From positions 3,968,001-4,032,000 of the forward strand of contig CM022676.1 of the NCBI GenBank assembly GCA_012295275.1: 64,000 bases of DNA, given 5' to 3'. This DNA comes from Chrysomallon squamiferum (lineage: Eukaryota; Animalia; Mollusca). Below are positions 14,616-27,937 of this stretch, piece by piece. Every line of letters starts with the position of its first letter. Position 1 is the stretch's first letter. The notes beneath the pieces were generated by a model. It had not been told where the DNA came from, ran no database searches, and saw only the letters and a list, made by a program, of their open reading frames with translations. The translations under genes and the position numbers were made by a program.

Positions 14616-14742
14616 GTAGACGTACCACTACCACTCTTATTATAACTGTCGTCATTATTTTCCAGTCACGAAAGTTACAAGCATGATGGTGGATGTTTTG
14701 AAAACGATACCGCCCCTAAACGTTCCCAAATACGTTTTATTC
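13941..14742 (+). repeat. Five tandem copies of the GCNT intron-end/acceptor/ATG/first ~19 codons separated by (CTA)n
   Basis: TTTTCCAG|TCACGAAAGTTACAAGCATGATGGTGGATG... with ATGs at 14002, 14179, 14332, 14521, 14683. Confidence 0.95.
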
Positions 14743-15470
14743 CTGCTGCTCGTTCTCACGGGATCGCTGTGGTACATGATGCTGAACGGACACGAGCACG
14801 TGCTCAGCATAAACAAACTAATCTCATCAGCGTACAAAGAAGAAACGCTCAAAGAAAGCTACGAGAAAAACGCCAAATACTTGTTACAAACCATCCCTCC
14901 GCGAAGGACCGTTCCCGTCAACTGCAGCGCCCTGATAAAGGGAGACAACAACACCGTAACGAAAGTGAAACTCTTAATGAGAAACGAGCACAGGCTTCCG
15001 GTTTACTTCATGAACGACACCAAGCACTGCGAGGAATTTCATCGAAAGCGAGGCTACATTCTCCGATCGATGACGTCAGAAGAGGCGGAGTTTCCGATCG
15101 CCTTCAGCATTCTCGTCTACACCGACGTCAGCCAGTTCGAGCGGCTGCTGCGCGCCATCTACCGCCTGCAGAACTACTACTGCGTTCACGTGGACGCGAA
15201 GGCCAGGCCGGAAATACGCGAAGCCGTCAAAGGCATCGCCAGGTGCTTCCACAACGTCTTCATGACGTCACGCTCGCTGGAAGTGAGGTGGGGCACGATG
15301 TCGGTGCTGACGCCGGAAATCATCTGCATGAAAGAGCTGTGGAAGTACCGGAAGTGGAAGTACTTCATCAACCTCACTGGACAAGAGTTTCCGCTGAAGA
15401 CGAATTACGAGCTCGTGCAAATACTGAAAGCTTACAACGGAGCCAATGACGTGGAAGGAACGATAAAAAG
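14683..15470 (+). CDS. GCNT1: Core-2/I-branching beta-1,6-N-acetylglucosaminyltransferase (GT14, GCNT family), coding exon 1
   Basis: Type II signal anchor (YVLFLLLVLTGSLWYMML), then EEAEFPIAFSILVY, FERLLRAIY..QNYYCVHVDAK, CFHNVF, WKYFINLTGQEFPLKTN: family hallmarks. Donor AG|GTATCA at 15471. Symbol is family-level; exact orthology not determinable. Confidence 0.95.
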
Positions 15471-15569
15471 GTATCACACACTCTGTTTCTCTCCCTTCCT
15501 CTTTCTGTCCATCTGTGTCTGATCTTCTCTCTTTCCCTCTGTGGTATATGTAAAAATATATTTTTTTTT

Positions 15570-15658
<89 letters not shown>

Positions 15659-15756
15659 GTCTGTGGATGTGTGTGCGTTTATGTGTCTATATACTACTAC
15701 TACTACTACCAATGATGTTACAGCTACGAATAAGCAGCCACAACTACTAATTATAT

Positions 15757-15789
<33 letters not shown>

Positions 15790-15970
15790 AACTAATACTA
15801 GTTGCATTACTACTACTACTAGTACAACTATTACTACTTGTACTACTACTACTACTAGTAGTAGTACAACTGCTACGAATAAGCTACCAACACTACTAGT
15901 TGTACTACCACTACCACTACCAGCATCACCACGCCAACTACTGCATCGTTGTTTCGTTTTGTTCGTTAAG

Positions 15971-16197
15971 AGCCAACAGTAATCGCTGGAAAACGGCTGG
16001 GCCGGCTCCTCTCGGCATCATTCCACTCAAAGGAGCCGTCCACGTTGTGGTCAGCCGCGGCTACGTCGACTATCTGCTTCACAACGAGACGGCGGCCACG
16101 TTGTTGGAGTGGGTTAAGAAGACGGAGATTCCTGATGAAACGTACTTCGCCACGCTCAACCACAATCCTCGGCTTCGAGTACCCGGCTCTTACAACG
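15971..16197 (+). CDS. GCNT1: GCNT-family glycosyltransferase, coding exon 2
   Basis: TAAG acceptor, phase 2; KGAVHVVVSRGYVDY and IPDETYFATLN (PDE motif with the catalytic Glu of GCNT1); donor G|GTACCT at 16198. Confidence 0.93.
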
Positions 16198-16688
16198 GTA
16201 CCTTCGTTCGTTCGTTCGTTCGTTCGTTCGTTCGTTCGTTCGTTTGTTTGTTTATTTGTTTGTCTATTTATCTTTTTATTTATTTATTTATTTATTTATT
16301 TGTTTGTTTGTTTGTTTGTTCGTTTGTTTGTTTGCTTGTCCATTTATCTTTTTATTTATTTGTTTGTTTGTTTGTTTGTTCGTTCGTTTGTTTGTTTGTT
16401 TGTTGGTTGGTTTGTTCGTTTGTTTGTTTGTTTGTTTGTTTGTTTGTTTGTTTGTTCGTTTGTTTGTTGATTGTTTTTTTGTGTTTTTTTTCGTTTTCTT
16501 TATCTATGTGTGATGTGTCTATGTATGTATGTATGTATGTATATATGTATGAATGTATATATATAAGCACACACATATTATTATTATCATCATCATCATC
16601 ATCGTTGTTGTTGTTGTTGTTGTTCTTCTTCTTCTTCCTTCTTCCTTCTCCTTCTTCTTCTCTTCTTCTTCTTCTTCTTCTTCTTCTT

Positions 16689-16719
<31 letters not shown>

Positions 16720-16752
16720 GTTTTATTATTATTATTATTTTACTAACTCAAG

Positions 16753-17048
16753 GTTCCTATGAATCAGTAGAAAAGAAATCGTATTTAGCGAGGCTGAAAA
16801 ACTGGGGAGACTACCCGTGCTCCGGAAAACGCGTTCGCTCAGTTTGCATTTTCGGAATCGGAGACTTACCGCTGCTGGTCAAAGCGAGACAACTCTTTGC
16901 TAACAAGTTCCATCTCAACTTTCAGCCGTACACTTTGGACTGCTTAGAAGAATGGCATTATAACAGGACACGATCAGAATATCTGGGGCAGTTTCGTTTC
17001 AATGACAGTTATTACAGAACACTCGACTTTGTCAAAAATAGAATATGA
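16753..17048 (+). CDS. GCNT1: GCNT-family glycosyltransferase, last coding exon
   Basis: YPCSGKRVRSVCIFGIGDLP, LFANKF, DCLEEW family C-terminus; TGA 17046-17048; AATAAA 17053-17058. Total CDS 1311 nt. Acceptor could alternatively be at 16767 or 16770 (both in frame). Confidence 0.93.
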
Positions 17049-17239
17049 ATTGAATAAAACAAGTTATTTATTTTCTTACTGGTGCAGTTGACGCCATTGC
17101 GCTTTCTTCTTTTTTTTTTTTTTTTTTTTTCGTAATTTCCTCCAATACCACGCACTGTGCTGCGTTTGTTCCAAAATGTTATAAGTTCAATTCACATTAC
17201 CATGACGTGTTTGTAGATACATGTCAGAAAATAACGGTA

Positions 17240-17325
<86 letters not shown>

Positions 17326-17384
17326 ATGATTAAGTTAGAAATCAAAAAATTTCATTATTTATTCTTAAAATAATAAATTTTTAA

Positions 17385-17446
<62 letters not shown>

Positions 17447-17477
17447 GTAAAAAAAAAAACTTACATAACTTTTTAAA

Positions 17478-17911
17478 CTACCATTTATGACAGGGATAGC
17501 AACCCCAGAAATGCAGACCAGGGTCTTTGCGTTTGTACATTTCATACATAATCTTACAGCGGTAACAGTAACAGTACTTCGGCCGATACCCGTGAAGCAG
17601 CGCCGCTTGGCCGTCTGGCAACACGGCAAAGTCGTTCTCGTATTTCCGAAACTCCGTCATCAACGGAGGCTGCGGCGTCATCGCCAACACCGACACGTCG
17701 GCAACGTTGTCACTGAGATCGCACGTCGTTCCGCATTTGTCCTTTTCGTCGCTGTCGTTGTTTCTTGCTCCAATTGTGGGTAAAAAGACTTTTTTGCCGA
17801 ACAGCACGAACGAGTCTCTGTCTGCCGGTTTGTTTACCCGCCACTTGACGGTCTTGTCGATCGGCGGGAAAAGGGGAATAACTCTGTTTACAGGATTGTT
17901 GCTTGATCGAG
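17478..17911 (-). CDS. Uncharacterised protein, last coding exon, C-terminal CxCxxC...CxxC motif
   Basis: GC-rich, stop-free frame with coding-like codon usage after acceptor CTCTTTCGTTTCAG (minus); ends LHGYRPKYCYCYRCKIMYEMYKRKDPGLHFWGCYPCHKW-TAG. Confidence 0.7.
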
Positions 17912-18417
17912 CTGAAACGAAAGAGTTTTGTTGCTTACCGTCTTTGTTATTGTAATTGTAAGCGATTTATTTTATTTTATTTTATTTTATTTTATTTTTT
18001 ATTTTATTTTATTTATTTTTTTTTTTTTTGTTTTATTTTATTTTATTTTTGTTTATTTTATTTTATTTTATCTTAATGACCTTTGGATATTTTTTTTTCA
18101 TTTTTTTTTTATATTTTTTTTATTTTTTTTTTTCTGTCTCTAATCATCATTGAATATTTTTCTTCCATTTTTTATTTTTATTTTTATATTTATTTTTATT
18201 TTTTATTTGTTTTTTGTATTATTATTATTTTTATAAACAAATTCTGCTAACTCCGCCGTGAATCGATGTTCAGCTACACATGAATAACATTTAGAAACTA
18301 TTTATAAAGTGTATAAAGTTAAACTAAAATTTACATTTGTTTTGTAATAAATAAATCAAAAAAGGTTTAAAAAAAATTAAAAGAAAAAACAGACAGTTTT
18401 TGTTTAAGCAATTTAAA

Positions 18418-18448
<31 letters not shown>

Positions 18449-18695
18449 AAATTAAATAAATAAATATACAAAGAAACAAACAAATATATAAACAAACACA
18501 CAAACAAACAAATAAATAAACAATAAATAAACAAACAAACAAACAGCAAACAATTAAATAAATAAATAAAGATGATAATGCGCTGGCACAGAAGGCGAAC
18601 ACATCATCATACAATTTAACATTTAATATTTAGTATTTAATTTTTATAAGAGGACATTCACTGGATATTTACACTCGACAAAAATGATTTTTTAC

Positions 18696-18744
18696 CTGTA
18701 ATTTTTTTACAGCGCTGGCTTGCAGAGATTCCCGACAGACAGTT
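18696..18744 (-). CDS. Uncharacterised protein, 49-nt middle exon (NCLSGISASQRCKKIT)
   Basis: Minus-strand TTTATTTTAAG acceptor and CAG|GTAAAA donor; phase 0 in, phase 1 out, exactly bridging the flanking exons. Confidence 0.55.
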
Positions 18745-18783
18745 CTTAAAATAAAAATATACCTTTTATAAAACAGTGCAGTA

Positions 18784-18848
<65 letters not shown>

Positions 18849-18865
18849 GATCTCTCTCCTCCCTC

Positions 18866-18911
<46 letters not shown>

Positions 18912-18928
18912 CCTCCTCCTCCCTCCCT

Positions 18929-19002
<74 letters not shown>

Positions 19003-19015
19003 TCTCCCTCCCTCC

Positions 19016-19083
<68 letters not shown>

Positions 19084-19115
19084 GTCTCCCTCCCTCCCTC
19101 CCTCCCTCCCTCCCT

Positions 19116-19238
<123 letters not shown>

Positions 19239-19376
19239 TCTCTCTCTCACATTCCCGATCTACCTCCTCTCATATATACATACACATATATGCGAGGGGG
19301 ATGGCAAAAAGTATGATGATACAGTTAAGAAATTTTTTTCGTACTACCTCAGCTAGATTTTTTTTTTTTAAATTAC

Positions 19377-19460
19377 CTGTCCAGTATTGGAGAAATCGCT
19401 TCCAATATCTGACACCTGTGACCTTCGTCTGCGCTGACTTCTGGAGACAGGCAGAGCCAT
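19377..19460 (-). CDS. Uncharacterised protein, first coding exon (MALPVSRSQRRRRSQVSDIGSDFSNTGQ)
   Basis: ATG at 19460, donor CAG|GTAATT at 19376; three-exon model totals 567 nt (188 aa). An alternative ATG at 19470 exists in another frame. Confidence 0.55.
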
Positions 19461-19524
19461 AGAATCCCATGAACGAAAATAAAAACAAAATTCCTATTTT
19501 ATTATTGATAAATAAATTCTTTAG

Positions 19525-19761
19525 ACATACATACATACATACATACATATGTATGTATCAACCTATCTATATGTCTATCTGTCTGTCAGTATGTATGTAT
19601 CTCTGCATGTTTGTATAGACAGACAGACAGACAGACAGATAGATAGATAGATTGTTTTTCCAATGTGTGTGTATGTGTGTATATATATATATGTATGTGT
19701 GTGGGTATTATATGTATATATATGTATTTATGTGTGTATAATAGAGAGACAGATATATATC

Positions 19762-19818
<57 letters not shown>

Positions 19819-19830
19819 TGACAGAGACAG
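19525..19830 (+). repeat. Dispersed composite-microsatellite element, copy 1 (homologous to 35440-35770)
   Basis: Shared core TATCAACCTATCTATATRTCTATCTGWCTGTCAGTATGTMTGTATCTCTG and AGATTGTTTTTCCAATGTGTGT. Confidence 0.75.
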
Positions 19831-20172
19831 AAATGTAGACAGACAGTCATGCGGACACTATGTCAGACAGACAGACAGAAATACAGACAGACAAATAGAT
19901 ATCAAGAAATAATAAAACTAAAATATAATAATAGTAATAATTTTTAACCAAAAATATAGTTTCTTATAATGCCAACATAGCAGATTATATACATAAATAC
20001 ATACATACATACTTTGGCACATACATACACACATACACATATACAGACACATACATACGTACATACATATACCTACTTCTAAAGACTCTTAATCTTCAGT
20101 GTATATCTAACCAGTTTTCTTTTCTTATCCAGCAAATTCTAACCTAAATTATGACTTTAACATTTCATTAAC

Positions 20173-20245
20173 TGACGTCATCCTATTCTGAGAAGTCACG
20201 TGTTTACAGCGATCTCTACGTAAACGTCTTCGTTGCCATGGTTAC
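20173..20245 (-). promoter_or_regulatory. Promoter module: CRE, E-box, forkhead site and RFX X-box
   Basis: TGACGTCA 20173-20180, CACGTG 20197-20202, TGTTTAC 20201-20207, GTTGCCATGGTTAC 20232-20245, ~700 bp upstream of the orphan gene ATG. Confidence 0.55.
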
Positions 20246-20523
20246 TAAAATGAGTTTTTTTTTTCGCATATTAACACGTTTAGGAAAACACGGAGACGAT
20301 AGAGTTCATGGTATGTAGAATATGCTTGACTTTGTAACCACATTTATTAAAATAAAATAAAATAGAATAAAATAGAATAAAATAAAATAAAATAGAATAG
20401 AACAGAATAAAATAGAATAAAATAAAATAAAATAAAATAAAATAATAAATAAATGTGTAAGCACGTAGGTATGTAAATAATAACTGATGTGGTAAATTTT
20501 CCTACAACTACTGCTGCTGCTTT

Positions 20524-20597
<74 letters not shown>

Positions 20598-21556
20598 ATA
20601 ATAATAATAATAATAATATGTCGATGATGATGATGATGATGATGTCGATGATGATGATGATGGTAATGATAATTATTATTTTTATTGTAATGCCTTCTCT
20701 TTTTCTTCTGATTCATCCTCTTTTGTTGTTTTTGTTGTTGTTGTTGTTATTGGATGTTGTATCAATAGTAATAGTAGCAGTTGTAGTAGTAGTTGCAGTA
20801 TATCGTATTAGTTTTCATTCTCTGTGTGTATGTGATTATATATCAAATAGTTTTAAAGAAACACAGAGACAGAGAAAATACAATTTTTAAAACAATTTTA
20901 TTCATTTCACAGATAATTATCTCTCAGACACTGTATATTTATTTGCACGTACGTACGTCTGTGTGTCGATAAACCAAGGTCACTCGGATGTTTCCGGAAG
21001 CAATCAGCGACAGATAACTCGTTCATTAGGTTATTCAAACAGCATTACCGTATGTCACTGAATTCATTAAACCCTTCTGACATTAGAAGCAAACAGAAAA
21101 CTAGCTCCCAGAGATCTGTTTAATTTACTTCGTCCTCTCAAACAGTAAAACGTTAAAACGTTATTTGTTCGTTTAGCAATGCACATTAGACTCTGTATTG
21201 TCCAAAGATTTCGACACACGTTTTCAAAAAGCTGCACGGTAATAGGTCAAACAGTGACATAGCGACCAAACGTCCGCCATTTGCATTTTTAGTTTAATAA
21301 GGATTAAACGAATTATATACGATGGTTTGTTTTCCTTTGTTAGCTGTAGGTTGATTCGGTTAATTTGTTTCGTTCTCTGTTGTTAGTCAATATTATTGTC
21401 ATCTATTTGTTGTCCTTGGTTTTTGATTTCATCATTTTCTTCTTCTTCTTCTTCTTCTTCTTCTTCTTCTTCTTTATGATAATGTCGATGAATTAAAAAT
21501 AATAATAATAATAACGTTAGAAGAACAACAACATCAACAAAAACAACAACAACAAC

Positions 21557-21640
<84 letters not shown>

Positions 21641-22382
21641 AAAAATGATCTTAGCCAAATACGTAAAAAACTACGATATATACTGGATTTTGCATAAGAT
21701 ACAGGTTTTAGTCATATTCTTCTTCTTCTTCTTCTTCTTCTTCTTATTATTATTATTATTATTATTATTTTATTATTCTCTGTGTTCGCCAGTGACAACA
21801 TTTGACAATTTAAGTACCGCATCCATACAGATATGATACAATTCCGTACACAGACCGATAAAATAATTCAAACAGCATGCGTGTTAAAAAAAGAAATATA
21901 CGCGTAAAGGGAAGTAACTCCTGTAGCCTTGCCATAATATTGACATGCACCTCTGCCCATGCATTTATAATGATCTTTTAAAAACGTATTTCAGTGCGTA
22001 TAATACTGCTGTTTTAAAAAAAGAAAAGAAAAAAAGAAGGTTTTAACAGTTACTAAACTGATGTAAGAGAAACTTTGTATGGAAGGAAAAAATATGTAGA
22101 AAACGAAATGAAAAGTTCAAAAACAGTTTATATCTCACGTATTGAACAGTTAGGCATGATAGCTACTAACATACATATATACATACACATACATATACAC
22201 ATACATTGATACATGTGTGTGCATGTATGTATGTGTATACACATACAAACACACAAATTTATTTATATATTTATTTATTTATTTATTTATGTATATGCCT
22301 ACATATAAAGACACACATGTATATATACAATCAAGATACATACACAAAAACTGCCAAAGAGATAAACAGCGAGTGAAGAAGG

Positions 22383-22518
<136 letters not shown>

Positions 22519-22532
22519 TACAGAGAGAGAGA

Positions 22533-22650
<118 letters not shown>

Positions 22651-23135
22651 GACGGTTAAAACTGAGAAAAACAAAAAACAAAAACAAAAATCCCAACAAG
22701 ACAGACTGACATTAAGATAAACCTGGTGAAAGATCTCAAAGCTTTATTCTCGAGGAAAGGTGAATACACGTCCACCTGCAAGTGAGATTAGTAATCAGAA
22801 AAAAGTCACCTGAACGAGGTAGATGAAACTGGACACGGTAAATATTGTTATAAAGTTTAAAAAGTGAGTGGCGAAGGAGGAGTGGATGAGAGAAAAAAAA
22901 AAACTGAGTAACGATGACTGTCAAATCAATTGTTTTGCTTTTATTACGCGCTATTTACTTATTATTCCTTTCATTACTTCTCTCTCTCTTTTTTTTTTTT
23001 TTTTTTTTACTTTTTTCTGTTTTCTTCTTTCAATCTCTAAGTTGTAGTTTGGAAGAATGTCTTTCATTCTGTCTTTCATTTTGCCTGTGTATCATCGTCT
23101 GTATTTTTCTTTCTTTCCTTCTGTTTCTCTTCTTT

Positions 23136-23221
<86 letters not shown>

Positions 23222-23872
23222 GTCTCCATCCAATCTCTTAGCTTTAGAAGAGATAAAAAATATTTCATTTTATGTACATATATAGTAAACAATCGTCGAT
23301 TTTAAAATTACTAATATCTATGAACTCAGATGTTTAATTATATTTCTTAGCCAAAATGTAGTTAAAGAAAAAAAAAAGAAAAAAAAAAAACACACCCCTT
23401 AACCACCCACCAAAGACCCTATCAGACCTGATAATCATCATAAGATTTATAATAATATTAACAGTAGGTAGCACTATATCACGCTGCGACCTAAATCGCT
23501 TCTGATTGGTCGAGCCAGTAAAAAAAAAAAAAAAAAAATGCATCACAAGCCACGCCTACTTCGTCGATCATGAATGAAACCGCGATTGACTTCGCGCACG
23601 AGTGACCCAGATACGTCACCTTGTACCCGCTGACAAACATCGCAGTTTCAGACGTGTAATAAATTAAAAAAATAAATAAAAATAAAAAATAAAAACAAAG
23701 TAAAATAAACCGAAATATATGTTATCTAGTCATTCTAAATAATCGTATTTTTTAATTTAACGATCTGTTTTTAACCCCTACGTTTGCGTTTAATAAAAAG
23801 AGTTTGTAAACAGGCCTTCAACGACCGAGGACGACAGATAATTTATCCATATGTCAAAGGTCACTAAACCGC

Positions 23873-24032
23873 GGGGTTTTCCAGCGCCTCACACCCACTC
23901 CGAGTCAATGGTCTCTAATTCTCGAAATTTATGAATCACAGCCTCGTACTCCACAAATCCCACCGCTCTGATTAGCTCGTCTGTCTTCGTTCTGAAGTTA
24001 CCCAGCCTCGTTCTCGATCGCCATTTATATAG
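23873..24032 (+). promoter_or_regulatory. ETS-gene proximal promoter with kB site and TATA-like box
   Basis: GGGGTTTTCC (perfect GGGRNNYYCC) 23873-23882, TGAATCA 23932-23938, TATATAG 24026-24032, CpG-rich context. Confidence 0.55.
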
Positions 24033-24054
24033 TCGCTCAAAAAGCTGTCATCGT

Positions 24055-24164
24055 ACTATTTGGTACACTGTGATATACGCTCAGGATTTACTTAACAAAT
24101 GGGATAGTAGAATTCTCTCTCCGCTGTGATCGAACATTGGGCTGCTGGAAAGAGTGAACAAGTC
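24055..24164 (+). other. Probable non-coding first exon of the ETS gene (start approximate)
   Basis: ~25-30 nt downstream of the TATA-like box; donor GTAAGT at 24165; contains a minimal uORF ATG GGA TAG (24099-24107). Confidence 0.5.
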
Positions 24165-24301
24165 GTAAGTATACATTTACTGTATATTGATGTTACTGCA
24201 TGTATGTATGTATGTATGTATGTATGTATGTATGTATATGTGTTTGTATGAATATGTGTATATGTATGTATGTATATATGTATGTAGTATATGTATGTAT
24301 G

Positions 24302-24411
<110 letters not shown>

Positions 24412-24844
24412 GATATGTGTGTATGTATATATGTAGGTATATTTGTATTTATGTATGTATTATATAGGTAGGTATATATATGTAGGTATGTGTCTGTTCT
24501 TGTAAGTGTATATTAATGACATATTACTATTATGACAATATATGGTATTTAGATATAAATATTATATATGTATTCATTGGCGCTCACGTGTTTGTGTAAA
24601 TATTGTCATGTATGTATGTATGTATGTATATAATGCACGCACTCTTTCTTTCTTTGTCTTTCTTTCTCTGGTTATTTCTCTTCTTTCTATCTCTCTCTCT
24701 CTCTCCCTGTCAGTGGCTGTCTCTGTCTCTCAATCTCTCTCACTGTCTCTCTTTCTCTGTCTGCCTTTCTCTCTATCTCTTTCTCTATGTCTCTCTTTCT
24801 GTCTCTCTGTTTCTATGTCACTCTCACGCTCTCTCCTGTGTCTG

Positions 24845-24944
<100 letters not shown>

Positions 24945-25046
24945 GCTCTCATCTTCTTCCCTTTATTCATAAAACATCTAACCTACGCCATTCAGTCAGA
25001 TTCATCCAGTAACAGCAACATCATCATCATCACCATCATTAACTCA

Positions 25047-25088
<42 letters not shown>

Positions 25089-25560
25089 ATCATCTATATT
25101 AAATAAAATCGTAACACGGCTGTGCTTTTCAGTTCCCCGCTTTGTTCTGTTGTATTGTGTTTTTCCTCCCACGCAGTAAGAGCACCGCTTCGATAAATAA
25201 AAACTCGTGTGACACTCGGTTATAATTTATAGTCTAGTATGATCGCTTCGCAGCTGAGGTCAAGCGACGATCTCTTATATTCGTGTGTTTCTCGTATTGT
25301 TTGTTATTCTTGTGTTTTAGCAAGACCCGAGCTGAAACGTTCGGGTTAAATGTGGCTGTTTTCTGAATGCAGTAATACCGATAGAAATGTAAAGACATGA
25401 ATATTATAGTTTCTGTTTTAGTAACAGTGTAACTGATAGTGAGATTTGTTGTATCCGTTGTTTCTTTTTTTTTTTTTTTGTTAAAGGATAGTTTAAAGCT
25501 TTAAATAGAACTGGGAGAATTAACTAATAACTTTTATGGTTTACTTTTCTTTTTGTTTCT

Positions 25561-25646
<86 letters not shown>

Positions 25647-25868
25647 AGTCCTTATTTTTACTCTCTCTCTCATATTTGAGGTCATACAGAGGAAATGATT
25701 GCAATTTATAATAACGATAATAATCGTTATAACAATCATCATCGTTATAGTCATCCTTATCATCATTTCATGATCATTTTTATTATAACTGAACACCATC
25801 CACTAAATGTTTGTTTTCTTGTTTGTTTATTTTTTATGTTTATTTTTTTTTTTTTTTTTTTTTTTTTA

Positions 25869-25899
<31 letters not shown>

Positions 25900-25993
25900 T
25901 TTTATTTTATTTTATTTTATTTTATTTTATATTATTTTTCTATTTCAAGAAGAAACAACGAAAACAACAAACAGGAAACGAAAGCGACTGGAT

Positions 25994-26279
25994 ATGGTCG
26001 AAGACGCCATTTTCGATATTGAAATGGACCAAATTGTACCCTCATTCAGTGACGAGCCGTTGTATCCTTCGTATGAGCTGTACCAGCTGAACTGTCAAGA
26101 GAACATGTATTCACAAACATCACTGAACGATTCAGGATACAAGTCGCCTCCCAGTTACAAAGAATCCCTGCTCCATGCGCATGCGCGACCTTCAGCGCCG
26201 ACCAGTGAGATATCCGGTAGCCCAATGTACAACTCTATCGAGGACGTTTTTGAATGCATAAACGCGGTGGAGCGTTTGG
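25994..26279 (+). CDS. ETS transcription factor, first coding exon (acidic N-terminus, DSGYKS and PPSY motifs)
   Basis: Acceptor TTTCAAG/AAG near 25949; ATG 25994; donor G|GTGAGT at 26280, phase 1. Confidence 0.8.
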
Positions 26280-26429
26280 GTGAGTTGTTGCTGTTGTTGT
26301 TGTTGTTGTTGTGGATGTTGTGAATGTCGATGTTGTTATTATTGGTTCTGTTTTTTTGTTCTCGATATAGTTGTTGATGATGATCTTGTAATCGTTCTTG
26401 TTACTGTTGAAGTTTTCGGTATTATTATT

Positions 26430-26542
<113 letters not shown>

Positions 26543-26786
26543 GGGACAGACATTTATAGTGAAACAGAAAGCGATAGAGAGAGTGAGAAAACAAGATAAT
26601 CATACAGACAGATAACGATAAAGAAATCTACATCTAAAGAGAACGAACAGACAAATAGGAAAGAAAGGCAGAGAGACAGAAGAAGGACAGAAAGAAAGAA
26701 AGAACGAAAACGAGACTGAGAATAAAACTGAACGAACAAACACAACGAAGGACAACTTACGAAGATAATCATTATTTTCCTTTCAG

Positions 26787-26978
26787 ACCATGCTCTGCGT
26801 AAAGTTCCGAGCTTCGATGAACAGTCACCCAAACAGTCACCCAAACCGTCACCCAAACCGTCACCCGGACAGTCACGAAAATGTCAGTCTTTGCCGAAAC
26901 TGGAGTCACGAAGCGGTCCCGAAAACAGAGAAAAATGCGCAGAGAAACTGAGAGAAATGGCTTCCTATGTTCTGGCTG
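26787..26978 (+). CDS. ETS transcription factor, second coding exon (SPK repeats)
   Basis: TTTTCCTTTCAG acceptor, 192 nt, phase 1/1, DHALRKVPSFDEQSPKQSPKPSPKPSPGQSRK...MASYVLA; donor GTAAGC at 26979. Not in the + strand ORF track. Confidence 0.8.
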
Positions 26979-27000
26979 GTAAGCATCAGAATAATGACTG

Positions 27001-27145
<145 letters not shown>

Positions 27146-27937
27146 AACAGAGAGAGAGATGTAAATATAGATATTTACTGAGCATAATCTCATTGTTACC
27201 GTTTCATTGTCTTATCTTCCCTGCTGCCTGTTGGAAATCATAATGTTTTCATTTTCCCAAGATTTGTAAAAACGTAACATGTCATTTTACACATTAATCT
27301 TCTGCAACCTCTGGTTGGATATAAAATAAAAAAAGACGCCATTGGGGGTAGATCTAGTAATCTGCTATGACTTTGGTAATACTTGGAGTTGGCTGTAGCA
27401 ATAGAAAAAAATGTTCTTAGTACAAAGAAACTCCTGATACTAGTATTACGGAAATATTGTTTTAAAATAAAAAAGTTATTTATAATCATTGTCATCATCT
27501 TGGTCATAATCATTATTATTATTATTATTAGCATCACCAATTTCGTTTTCGTGATCGCTTTGTGATGATCATATCATCATCATCATCATCATAATCATGT
27601 TGCTACTATTACTACTACTACAAATAGTACTGAAAATTACATGGATACAAATAAAAAAATAATTAATAAAATTAGAAACATGGGTAAACATTGATCAAGA
27701 AAAAATAAAAATAAAATATGAAACAATAAAAACGAAAGACAGAAATAGTAAGATATAAATAGCTGAAGAAAACCTTACCCCGCGAAAAAAACACCCCAAA
27801 ACCCCCAAAACCACAAAAAAAAAAAAAAACAAAGAAAAAACCCACGAAAGAACTGAAGAAACAGCAATAAAGAAAAAAAAAAAAAAAAAAGAAAGAAAGC
27901 TTTAAACAGTGACCGACGTCTTTCTTTATTACTTCAG

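Noticed and set aside
14769-15449. 226-aa overlapping ORF inside GCNT exon 1
   Set aside because: Shadow frame of a GC3-rich CDS; no recognisable features.
17912-17938. 27-nt GTAAG...TTTCAG mini-intron on the minus strand
   Set aside because: Too short for a typical animal intron, and the upstream sequence is A-rich low complexity.
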